A stretch of 63,965 nt of DNA, filler included, from Atractiella rhizophila (Eukaryota), in the NCBI GenBank assembly GCA_021432655.1. It is 14 parts of 13 records of this genome, joined end to end, with 100 filler letters (N's around TTAATTAATTAA, not from the genome) between each part and the next. Parts side by side here need not be neighbours in the genome. Positions count along the whole stretch, not along the records: positions 35,489 to 41,413 come from MU272342.1; positions 41,514 to 47,420 come from MU272343.1; positions 47,521 to 53,427 come from MU272344.1; 11 more parts are not named here. One strand, given 5' to 3'. The notes beneath the pieces are model-generated. The model worked only from the letters and a program-made list of their open reading frames with translations. It did not search any database and was not told where the DNA came from. A program made the translations under genes and the position numbers. Positions 38,167-49,749 of this stretch are shown one piece after another. Position 1 is the stretch's first letter. Every line of letters begins with the position of its first letter.

Positions 38167-39699
38167 CCCTTGTCATGCATCTGCAGCGCACGATTGACAC
38201 TTTACAAACTCAGTTGCGTGAAGCAGGAGAAGTGGGTTGTGACACCCCGAAGAACAGTGTGGACTCTTGACAATGGAAGCGGGAGATGCAGTTTTGTGGT
38301 GTGGCAGGTAGGATGGTAGAAAGAGGAGTCACAGACGGAATGTGACAGAGCTAGAGCATAAATGTTGCAGGAGTGGTCCGATTGCAATAGATATGTATAT
38401 CACAGTACTCGGGTTATCTAGGAAAAGTGACAAACGAACTGTTGAAAGTGTTCAATCTACATCACAAACATCAGTGCTGACTTTGACAACAACGAAGTTG
38501 GAGAGGGACAGACCATCTCGCTTCTCAATGAACTCTGACTCCGGTTCGCTTACAGTGTCATACTCCCCACATTGAAGGAAGTATCGATACTCAAGTTCAG
38601 TCATATCAGCAATCACCTTTGCGGATTCATAGCCTCTCTATCTCAGCAAGTTAGGTGAATTTGCACGAATCCTCTCCAACAGTACACACCTGGTTGACAA
38701 TAAACAAGCCTTTAGGAGGTCTCCCTATTTCCTTCTGGAGAAGGAGACGGCGCTTCGTAGTCTTCTGCAAACCCTACACCGATTAGTAAGCTTGACATGT
38801 GAGGATTCGGGTCAAGGAATCAACATGCCCATTCTGTTCGAATTCCCAACGTTGTCCGCTGAAATCGTTTGCTCGCCCTTGCGTGGGGTTTCGGGTTGAA
38901 ACAGCACCATCATCAGCATAAGTGTGAAAACAATAAAAATGGGAACCGTTATGCTCGTGTCTTGCGGTGTGCACGGCCTGTTATCCGTCGCGGAGCTCTT
39001 AGACTGTGCTTTGAACAAACGCTGTCAATAAACCTCGGTAGTGCGGTTGTCTCGATTATCCTATCAACAATTGAGCAGTGATTTATTGAACAATGGGGAA
39101 CTGACCTGAGGTGTGTGGTGGCCGAGAATACACACAAGTGCAATCGTATCGATCACAAGTCGTGATGATGCTCGCTTCTTGCATCACAGAGGCAACGCAC
39201 AAGTGCAGCTGTTTAAGTAATAACTACTTTGCTTCCTCTCGATTGAGATCAGCAGCACACACTTCAGCCAGATCCCAAGCTTGGTATCTTCAGCATATGC
39301 CTTCTCCCACTCATCCGCCTTGTGCCGTTTGAAGTTCTATATCACTTGAGGAGATTTGTCACTTCCCTGGGATCGAAAGGGACCATGAGGCTGTTCTTGG
39401 GACTACTGGGGATGGAGACCATTCTCTTGCTCGAGGAGTGGACGAGACGGGGCCCTGATGGATGGGAGAGAGCAGAGATCCCCTGGGGCCGCAAACGCAA
39501 ACGCGGAAAGAGAAACGGTTGCAGCATTGCCCTGCAGCTGCTGGGCAGCGAAATATTGGTGCACGGTGTGTTGATGTCCGGGTGAGGCTTTTCGGACACA
39601 ACCTATGTTTGACCCACGGTAGGCACGACATTTGCAGCTCCAGAGCAGAGCTTTTTCACCTTGCTGAGACGCAGCACCACCGCAGTGCTCCAGGCATTG

Positions 39700-40610
39700 G
39701 ATTATTGGTGCGCAAAGCAGCCATTTGGCAGTGTTCTGATTTCAGCGAAAATCCAACTGCTTGCAAATTCGGCGTGTAGAGAAAGGGGAATGCGCAAATG
39801 TCCATCACAAAGCCCCTGGCGGGGGGGATGCCCACACTTGCCGATTATAACAGGGGATCACCGGACGACAGGAATCGCTGGTCCTCTCATGCCAGACGGC
39901 TCAATCCCAAAGCTGCCTCCGATCCATCAAAGTCTCATTCATCTGTTGTTGTCCATGTTTTCGAAGAGCGCGACGCAGATCATGTCCTTGTCCACGGTTA
40001 TGTCCTCTCAGGTTCGACTCACAAGGTTGAAAGAGTATCACCCACCTCTCCCTCAGTGCTACCGCTGCCAAAAAATTGGTCATTAAGCTCGCATCTGCAC
40101 CGCTCGCACACCAGTGCGCCTCGTGTGTAGCCAAAAGCACTCTACCTCCGCCTGCCCACTCAAGTGCTTCCAATCAACTCCCTGCAACCCAACTTCAAAG
40201 TGCTCTCATCTTCCCTTCAAATGCACACTCTGCAGCGGTAACAAGACAACAGATCGCAGCCACTGTCCTGCTTGGAAGGAACATTTGGAAGATCAGAGCA
40301 CAAAACAAAATTGGATTGTCTTTATGTTACTTGACTTGAATGGACTCTCTCCGTTAAACCATTTACGTCTACTTCACTTCTCTGAGTTTCCCTTTCACAT
40401 ACTTGATTTCACTTCAAACCACACTAGCCATCGTGACTTAGTGACTCCCTCACCGTTCACGACGTTTCTTGTGTAACACCATTACATGTGGACTTCTGGG
40501 GCTTTTATTTACTTTGCTTCCTTCTTAGCTTCCCCCCCGCCTATCTTCCCTCCATGGTCACCGCCTGACGTCAACCCGGCGACGCTATTGGAAGGCTATG
40601 ATAAATAAGA
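39700..40610 (+). mobile_element. LINE ORF1 (gag-like zinc knuckle) remnant
   Basis: SSVVVHV, then PQCYRCQKIGH*ARIC, C..C..KHSTSAC and KCTLCSG...CPAW across frameshifts. Ends in a pyrimidine-rich tail and GATAAATAA. Confidence 0.7.
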
Positions 40611-40613
40611 TGG

Positions 40614-41260
40614 TTAGGGCGATAATGCAGAACAATGGTTGGACCAACCAGAAAGCCGATTCCTCCTTGAGGTTGCTTCACCTAATCCCAGACAGACTTT
40701 TGCCTTTTCCTCCTCAAAGATCATCTCCGTCTCATGTTCCGAAACTCGCGCATGTGAAAAGTCGATGAGATAGTCTTTCTCCGATCCGAAATAAAAGTTT
40801 TGAATTCGAATATCGCCGTGAAGCACCCCCGTTTCATGTACACTCTTCAGCGCCACAAGGGCTTTTTGTCTAGTCATCACACATCAAATATAGCTCCATA
40901 ACTTAGTACAATCCTACCTCGCTTCCAGCTGCACCACGTTGATGTCCTCCTTGAATTCTCCTGCCAGTATTTCCATCACAATGATCCCAAATCTCTCCTC
41001 CCTCCCAAACCTTTCCTCCACTCCTTCAAAGCTGCCATAAACTTTAGGAATGTACACTCCCTGCAGACCAGAAAGCCGCTCATACGCCTCTACTTCTCGT
41101 CGAAAGTAGTCCATATTAGTCAGACTAGGATCTTGCATCTTTCGCAAACCGTCAAAGTACTTAACGGCCACCTTTCTTTTCCCCCAGATAGCCTTGAAAG
41201 CCGTCGCGAACGCTCCCGAGCCTAGTTCGTCTGTGATTTCCAATAATTCCTCACAGCACT
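40614..41260 (-). CDS. Atypical protein-kinase-like domain, 5' region missing or disrupted
   Basis: LGSGAFA, VAVK, RREVEAY..L..LQG..IPKVYG, IVME, VLHGDIRIQN, LIDF; intron at about 40870-40917. Confidence 0.8.
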
Positions 41261-41513
41261 CAGACTAGAGAACTACATCAGTGTAAAGAACCTAACGCGG
41301 CAGTGACGAACTGGTGTCCCTATGGCGTAAACTGGGTAAAGCTTAGAGTTGAGGACAGGTAAACACCATGTCCAAATCCGGCTAATTGTGGTTAACGACT
41401 GTGTGGCACAATTNNNNNNNNNNNNNNNNNNNNNNNNNNNNNNNNNNNNNNNNNNNNTTAATTAATTAANNNNNNNNNNNNNNNNNNNNNNNNNNNNNNN
41501 NNNNNNNNNNNNN

Positions 41514-43643
41514 GGCGAAGAAGGGAACCCGTACCCAGAGAGTCATGAGCACACACATGCTTCCGAAAAGGAGAAAAGTCCCATATTTGATGCTTTCGAG
41601 CAGAGTTGGTGTGATCCGGACAATGACCTTGCGTTCGCAGAACGTGAATGAAATGTGACATGCCAGAGGCGACTTACAAAGTTGAAGAGCCATTGAGTCA
41701 TCAACGCGAACGACATGGTGAAAGAACGCAGATTCGTGGGAATCACCTCTGTCGCAACCTGCATTCGGTAGGATGGATCAGCAAAAGTGCGGACTACGGA
41801 GGAAGGCCCACCATCCACGGAATTGTTCCCCATCCAAAACTGTAGAAGACGCTATCGAGGAAAGTATGAGGGCAGTTTCTTGGATGAGTGCAAACTGACA
41901 CATAGACATATACAAATGCAATGGCTCCATAACTGGCCCCAATTCGCTCATGTCCAGGATGGATTTTCCCGTAAGCACCCAAGTAGTACCTATTCTAACA
42001 TGAAAGCTGTTTACTTTGAGCAAAAGGTACATACATTGATATCGCTTGCCCCATCCCGCCAACGATCAGCGAACGCTTTCGACCTGCTTGTTCGACAGCC
42101 AGAGCGAGACCGAGAGCCGTGCAGACCACCTTGACGATGCCTTTACATAGGAATAGTTTCCAAAATACTACGACGAGATAGAGAGGACGACTGACCGTAC
42201 ACTCCGGTGGCAAAGAGTCCAGCGTCTGTTGATGACAGTCCTAAGTTTGCGAAGATTTGCGGACTGGTCACACAGCTTGTTTGGTCCTGTAATGAAGAGG
42301 GAAAGTAAAATGGCAGACCTGTAGACATTGATAGAATTTGTTCCCGTCCATTGCTGCCGCACCATCATCTATCAGCATCTCTATCTCACTATCTGAACAG
42401 AACTGACCTGGAAGAACATGACGATAATGCCAATCCCTGCCCTATAAAGCATCCCCTTCTGTCTGAAGACCCTCTTCCCCTGATCCTTCCAACTCAGTTT
42501 CTCCCGTCCTTGCACATCCGCCCTAATAGAATCGAGCTCCTTCTCCGCCTCGCTCACTCTACCTCCTTTCAGCTTGATCAGGACTACGCGGGCCTCGTCC
42601 CACTTTCCATTTTCCGCCAGAAATCTGGGAGACTCAGGCTGAAACACGAGGAGAAGAGCCATCAAAGCGCCAGGAATCATTTGGAGTCCGAATGCAGTCC
42701 GCCAGATGGTGGGGCTGAGCTCGTCAGATGCGTTCTTCTGTAGGCCATAGTTTACCCAATATGCGAGCATGATCCCTTCAGGTGCTGTCAGACACTGCTG
42801 CTCTGTTCAGGGAGGGGTAAAGAAGTACCAGTGACATTCTAGAATACAATTGAAAAGTGTTGCAATTTGAGAGAAGGAATAAGCGCACGAACAGCTGCAT
42901 CATCCCAGTAAGCCGTCCACGAATCTCAGTCGGTGCACTATTCTCCTGATAGGAAAGGTCTCAACTTCAAGGCAGCATAAAGCTTACCATTCAGCGATGT
43001 AAATTGGCACCACCTACCTGACATGTTAGTCGTTCTTTGAATTGAAAACCGAAAGACTAACAGCAGAAGTAAGTCCCACACCAAATCCTCCCACCGCCCG
43101 ACCGATATATAAGGGTGTTAGGCTCTTCGATCCTCGCAGCCCTGAACAGGTTTGGATGATTGAGCCGGCGAAGAAAATCCAAATGGAGACGAAGAGGGAC
43201 TTTATGCCGGACCATTTCGTCATCGTTCAGAAGGTAAGCAGAGAGTAGGCACCTACCGGTCTGCGGCCCATTTGGGAGGAGAGAAAGAATGACGAGAGAG
43301 CACCAAAGAAACATCCTGCCCTGCAGTCCCACTCAGAAAGGAAAAGGACAGAATATGATGCGACAAACTGAAGGACAGAGACGATGTCTCCATTCAGGCT
43401 TGCGAGTTCGGAACGGCTCTTGTCGTTCAACCCAAAAGACAGCTTGAAGGATTTCTCGACAAGAACTCCGCCAATAAGACCAGTCTATATTCAACCAATC
43501 AGTCTTGGCAGATCAGCATCCCCTAAAACATACATCCCAGCCGAAGAACATGCCTGCTTCTAGTCAAGCGCTTGTCAAAATTAGGATGAAAGAAACGCAC
43601 CTCCAAATCTGAACACAGAAATCATCAAAATGGCTTGAAAAAC
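41514..43643 (-). CDS. MFS sugar porter (quinate permease-like), partial
   Basis: FGWDTGLIGG, YIGRAVGGFGVG, APTEIRGRL, PESPRFL, FQQWTGTNSIN, EQAGRKRSL, GWGTIPW. Confidence 0.93.
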
Positions 43644-44286
43644 NNNNNNNNNNNNNNNNNNNNNNNNNNNNNNNNNNNNNNNNNNNNNNNNNNNNNNNNN
43701 NNNNNNNNNNNNNNNNNNNNNNNNNNNNNNNNNNNNNNNNNNNNNNNNNNNNNNNNNNNNNNNNNNNNNNNNNNNNNNNNNNNNNNNNNNNNNNNNNNNN
43801 NNNNNNNNNNNNNNNNNNNNNNNNNNNNNNNNNNNNNNNNNNNNNNNNNNNNNNNNNNNNNNNNNNNNNNNNNNNNNNNNNNNNNNNNNNNNNNNNNNNN
43901 NNNNNNNNNNNNNNNNNNNNNNNNNNNNNNNNNNNNNNNNNNNNNNNNNNNNNNNNNNNNNNNNNNNNNNNNNNNNNNNNNNNNNNNNNNNNNNNNNNNN
44001 NNNNNNNNNNNNNNNNNNNNNNNNNNNNNNNNNNNNNNNNNNNNNNNNNNNNNNNNNNNNNNNNNNNNNNNNNNNNNNNNNNNNNNNNNNNNNNNNNNNN
44101 NNNNNNNNNNNNNNNNNNNNNNNNNNNNNNNNNNNNNNNNNNNNNNNGAGAAGGCCGGGTGCAGAGCTTAAATTTTCCCTACGTAACTTTTCAGTCTGAG
44201 TCGATCAAAAGTGGATTGCAACATCCAATCATAAAAGAAACGAATTTCAGCAACCATCTCCACTCAGCGATCAAAATTTTCTCAAA

Positions 44287-45970
44287 ATGTGTCCCACAGC
44301 AGCAGCTCCTTCTGGCTCAAACGGCGTTCAAGCTCCCAATGGCGACGTCTCTGAGACTCACGTCCCGATCGATGTTTCCACTTCCAGGCCACAGTACGTT
44401 AATGGCGCAGAGAGGAGGCCTCTAAATCCTACGAATCCTTACGCACCCAGGATCTCAGACTTTCTCTCTGTGCGTTTTCATCTTCGAAAAGCTGAAGGAA
44501 ATTGATTGAAATTTGACTGGTGGAATCAATTTAGAACGTTACCAATTTTCAGATCATCGAGTCCACTTTACGAGAGGGCGAGCAATTCGCCAATGCATTC
44601 TTTGACACAGAAACCAAGTGTCGCATTGCTAAGGCTCTGTCGGATTTCGGAGTCGAATACATTGAGCTCACTTCTCCCGTGGCTTCTGAACAGAGCAGGA
44701 TGGACTGTGAGGCGATTTGCAAGATGGGATTGAAGAGCAAGATCCTGACGCATATCCGTTGTCATATGGACGATGCCAGAGTAGCAGTTGAGACTGGTAT
44801 GCATTCTTATTCTATCCATGAAGATGGGAAAGTTGAATTGTGGCTGTTTTGGCTAAAAGGCGTCGATGGTGTTGATGTGGTTATTGGCACCTCATCTTTC
44901 CTCCGCGAACACTCGCACGGCAAGGACATTACATACATTATCAAAACCGCCATTGAGGTGATCAACTTCGTGAAGAGCAAGGGCATCGAAGTGCGATTTT
45001 CAACCGAAGATTCTTTCCGATCCGACCTCGTCGACCTTCTCTCTATCTACCGTGCCGTGGATAAGGTAGGAGTCAACCGCGTCGGTATTGCCGATACCGT
45101 CGGATGCGCCAACCCAAGACAAGTTTATGAACTAGTGAGGACTTTGAGAGGCGTTGTGAGCTGCGACATCGAGTGCCACTTCCACAACGACTCCGGCTGC
45201 GGTTAGTCACCCTTCAATAATTCAAGGATTATGCTCACATTCTTTGTCTCCAAATAGCCATTGCCAACGCATTCTGCGCTCTTGAAGCCGGTGCGACGCA
45301 CATCGATACTTCTGTTCTCGGAATCGGAGAGCGAAACGGTATCACAACCCTCGGAGGACTGATCGCACGGATGTACACCGTCGACCCAGAGTACGTGAAG
45401 GGCAAGTACAACCTTCCGATGCTCAGGGACATCGAGAATCTTGTCGCGGACGCCGTTCAGGTCCAAGTTCCGTTTTCCAACTACATCACTGGCTTCTGCG
45501 CCTTCACGCACAAGGCTGGGATTCACGCCAAGGCTATCCTCGCCAACCCGAGCACGTATGAGATCTTGAAGCCAGAGGACTTTGGGTATGTCCCTCTCCA
45601 CTCCACACTGCTGTGGAACGCTTACCAGCTGGCGGTATTTAGAATGTCAAGGTACATCGACGTCGGCTCCCGCCTCACGGGATGGAACAGCATTAAGTCG
45701 CGAGCCGAACAACTCGGATTGAAGTTGACGGATGAGCAAGTGAAAGATGCGACCAAGAAGATCAAAGAGCTGGCTGACGTCCGCACGCAATCGATGGAGG
45801 ATGTCGACTCCATCCTTCGTGTCTATCACTCCGGAATCGAGAGTGGAGAGCTCACAGTTGGGGACAAGAAGGTCCTTGATTCGCTTCTGGAGAGGCATCG
45901 TAGCCAGAGCTTGGATAAGAAGGTTAATGGAGTTAACGGTGCGACTGGAGCCAATGGGACCGTTCATTGA
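44287..45970 (+). CDS. LYS21: Homocitrate synthase, complete, 4 introns
   Basis: [64 protein letters not shown]. Confidence 0.97.
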
Positions 45971-46534
45971 GCAATTGAGCATTTCTACAAGACCATCGCC
46001 AGTACAGGAAAGGAGAGCTGTATATTTGTTTGTTTGTCGTTTTACATTGATACTAAGAGCTTGTCTCGTATATACTCAAAACTGAGATGGAATCAGATGG
46101 AGTCTAGCTTCCTGTCATTCGCTTTGCCTGGCTCTGGAGGTGAACAAATTGATCGTGAATTCAGGGTTCACACAAAAGGCTACGAAAGATAGCGATACAT
46201 ATTTTTGACACGACACCAGTTTGGTATAAGAAAGTGTGGTTTAAGACAAGGAAGGAAGACTAGAGAAAAATCTATGGCAAGAAACCGAATGGCCACGAAT
46301 AAATGAAGAACAGGATCGTACCTGGTTTGACAAATGAGATAAACTGACTTAAAGCCAAACTTCAAGCGAATGGATGAAAGAATAACTCAGGAAGAAGGAA
46401 ATGTGATAATTGAATAGAACAATGTCACGAAGTTGACCACTTCTAACAGTACCGATTTGCAGACATTTTCAACTATTAAACTTTTGTGAACGTTTCTGTT
46501 CGGGGATGAAATCAAGAGGAGAGCAAGATTTTCC

Positions 46535-47420
46535 TTATGGTCGTTGGTTAGAATATTGAGGATACGCCTGGATGGGTTGAGTCTGATATGGCGGCACTGG
46601 CATCGGCGTTACCTGAGGTCTTCCACCCATCAATCCATTCCCGGGTGCGGTGGAGTAGGGTGGCACCGGTGAATAAGTGGAATTGTAAGGATTGGTTGGG
46701 ATTGTTGTCGACGAATATTGTGGCACCATTTGATGGTGGTTGTATTGATGATTTTGGATGACAACGTTGTTAAAGAGTGTCATTCCTGTATTTCGGTGCT
46801 GTGGATAAGCTTCCCAAGTTCCCGGCATGTTGCCTATGTTCGAATGGTGAAGTAGGGGCTGACTGCCGTAGCTGTAAGTAGCAGAGCTGTAAGGGTCGAA
46901 GAATTGGGGTGCACTACGAGCATCGAATTGTTGATCGTTTGCTCTCGATAGGTCAAGTTCCTGATTCGCGGAGAACTCGTCGAAATCCCGACCGTATTGT
47001 TTTGGATCAAGTCCAGTAGCAATAGCTTTCCGTACAATCTCCTCGTCCCACATTGGAGGGTAAAGGGGAACCTGGGGCATCATTCCAGAAGAATCCAACG
47101 GTTGGCTCAGATCCTGGTAGTCGATCGCCAGTCGTTTCCCTCCTCGGTTGTCGTCAATTTCGTCCTCATCCCCCGCCCTTCTCTTCAGAGCACGAGGTTG
47201 TTGTTGAGCTTCCGCTTCAGCCTTCAATAAATTCTCAACAAGAACCACCCCACGCCTTGCGATCTCGCTCGAGTTCGAGCTGGCTTGCAAGCCCTGGAGA
47301 AGAACTCGAATTCTTTCTCGGCATTTGTTGGCCTCGTGAACATCCCGTTGAACCTCTGGCGTCAGCAAATTGATGCAAAGGACGGTAGTTGCAGCAACAA
47401 CCTGTAGGACGTTAGACTAT
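46535..47420 (-). CDS. C-terminal part of a probable Zn2Cys6 transcription factor
   Basis: VVAATTVLCINL...SEIARRGVVLVENLL resembles the end of the middle homology region; followed by LKRR and a Q/P/Y-rich tail. Confidence 0.55.
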
Positions 47421-47557
47421 NNNNNNNNNNNNNNNNNNNNNNNNNNNNNNNNNNNNNNNNNNNNTTAATTAATTAANNNNNNNNNNNNNNNNNNNNNNNN
47501 NNNNNNNNNNNNNNNNNNNNACAGCGAGCTGATTGCTTCGCGTCCAATTGGATGACT

Positions 47558-49352
47558 TCAAGCGTACTTCTTGACATCGTTAGCGTCTGGTCCGACAGGT
47601 GCATAAGAGGCAGCAAGATTGCACTGCCAGAATGCTCTCTTTTGCTCAGGTGTGAACGCTCCCACAACGGTATGTAGAACCCCACGGTTGTGAAAAATGC
47701 AAAGGTCACCTTCTTGCCAGTCGTGCGCGTAGACGAGCTGTGATGCCAATTAATTCCATGATTAGCATCACGACTAGGTGTAACAGGAGCAAACGCACGC
47801 CAGGGGCAATTCCAGGACGTTGAATCGAGTAAAGAATTTCACGCACCGTCTTGAGATCAGTGATGTGACCTCCTTCAGGGTAGAGTTGGTCCGGTTTTCC
47901 ATAAAGAGGTGAAGATTCCGGGATAGCATCCACGTACTGTGATCATTCCCTTCAATTCAACTAGTTTAGCTAAATGAATTCAATTACAATTGTCTCTGCT
48001 CCACACGGGTGAACCTGCACATGTAGGTCACCAGTGACAGGATTTTTCCAAGTCTGTCCCCCTTTTAGCTGACGATAGAGTAGTACAGGAGAGAAACGGA
48101 CAACAGGGAACACCTTGATCTTGTCTTCGCTCCACGGAGGCAGCTCCTCTCGCTTCATCTCCTTCCCATCGGAGTGAATTCCGAGACCAGTCGAGAGAGC
48201 AGCAGCAGGCGACATCCACACATACGGGTGTGGTCTGATAAATTCCTCTCACTTATATGACTTCAATTTCCGAGGCGGAAGGACTTACGCATACTGCACC
48301 TTCGCTCGAACTGCAAATGATTTTTGCTCGGGTGAGAGAATATCGAACATCTTCTTGCCAGATACAACTGGGTTCTCCCCTCAGTTTGAGGTGTACGGCC
48401 TGGAATGCTTGACGCACAGGCTGTTGTTCCCAACGGGACTTCAAGTTCATCTCCTGTTCCGTCTACACCACTGACCTCAGCTTCGGCTTCCCGCAAAATG
48501 ATAGAAATAACGAGACACGCACCATCATAACGTAATTTCTGCTTAGGGCCCTGAGGGACTGAGAGCGCGAACAGGGTTGTCGCAACTGGAGGATCAAGAC
48601 CATAGAGAGCTGCATCGATATGCCTGTTCACAGACTACTTTCAGTAACACTCCCGCGAGATCGGCAGAGTGCGGATACTCACCACCTATAAAACCTAGTG
48701 ATGCCTTCCTTCTCATCCTCTAGAGACACTGGCTCTTTGTGGAAGGTGCGATGGTGTGGGTGCTTGAGTGGGACCGGCGTCGGCAAGCCTCTGGTGACAT
48801 ACTCGTCATCATGTTGGCCGTTACCAATCAATTGCACTTGTGGTTGCGAAGGGATAGTCTTGAGATCTGGATGAAGAATCGACTTTGTCCTGCAAAAGTG
48901 CCGTTTTGAGAATAAATTGGCTATGTGGACGAATCCTTACTCAGCTCCAGTCTTGTTGTTTCCATGTCCATAAGACTCAGAAGATGGATCAAACATCTTC
49001 GTTAGCTTGTATTGAGCAGCTGGATCCCAGTTCTTCCTGTCGATTCCACGGAATACTACAAGGGAATGCTTGTAGAGCAAATCTCGGATCCTGTAATTTA
49101 CCCCCATCAATGTCTGAATCAGTAAAGTAAATCGGTAAAAGCATATGGCATGATTTGTATGCTGTGAATGTACTCTTGAATTCCTGTGACAATTCCTCAT
49201 GTCGTCTAGGGCGAAAGCAGCACTCACTCGGCGAATTCATCATCGGACAGATTTGCAGGGTCTATTCCTTCAACCAGGATGCCAAATTGGTCTCTCTTCA
49301 GTTCTTCTGAGACAGAAGAAGCGTAAGGGATGGTCAAAGTCTTTATCGTCAT
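47558..49352 (-). CDS. xanA: Alpha-ketoglutarate-dependent xanthine dioxygenase (TauD family)
   Basis: YGHGNNK, SILHPDLKTIP.QPQVQLIGNG, LKHPHH.TFH, TRFYRWHIDAALY, YAPHPYVWM, IFHNRGVLHTVVGAF. Confidence 0.92.
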
Positions 49353-49749
49353 GACGCTTTTCGATGGATAAGCTGCTCGGGTTGCTGAGGGGTCGTGTGA
49401 GCTCGAGAAACGCTGTAAATCTGTCAATATCGTTCAATCAAGATCCTTCTGCTCATTATAGTTGAACTACTCAGAGCTTACTGAGTTATGTGACAAATAT
49501 CTGTAGCTCAGAGCTGTCTGGGCAGTTGGAAGTGGTCGTACCCAGCCAGCAGCCACATTGAACAACACCTGACTTGCTGACTCATGAAATAGAAGGAAAG
49601 CTTTGACCCGTCTTATCTTCTTGACAAGTCAGCTTTGGCGAACAACAAAAGGTACGAGTACTTTCGACGGTAGGGTAGGCGGTTGGCAAGTTTCCGTCCG
49701 GTAAGGCGCTTAGGAAGATTTTTGCACTAGGAGCGACCCCGCCTGTACC

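Noticed and set aside
43635..44171. ORFs made mostly of X here and at 51154-51943
   Set aside because: They are artefacts of N gaps.
41514..49352. Metabolic cluster of transporter, homocitrate synthase, TF and dioxygenase
   Set aside because: xanA lies across an artificial linker, and the synthase looks like the ordinary lysine-pathway enzyme.
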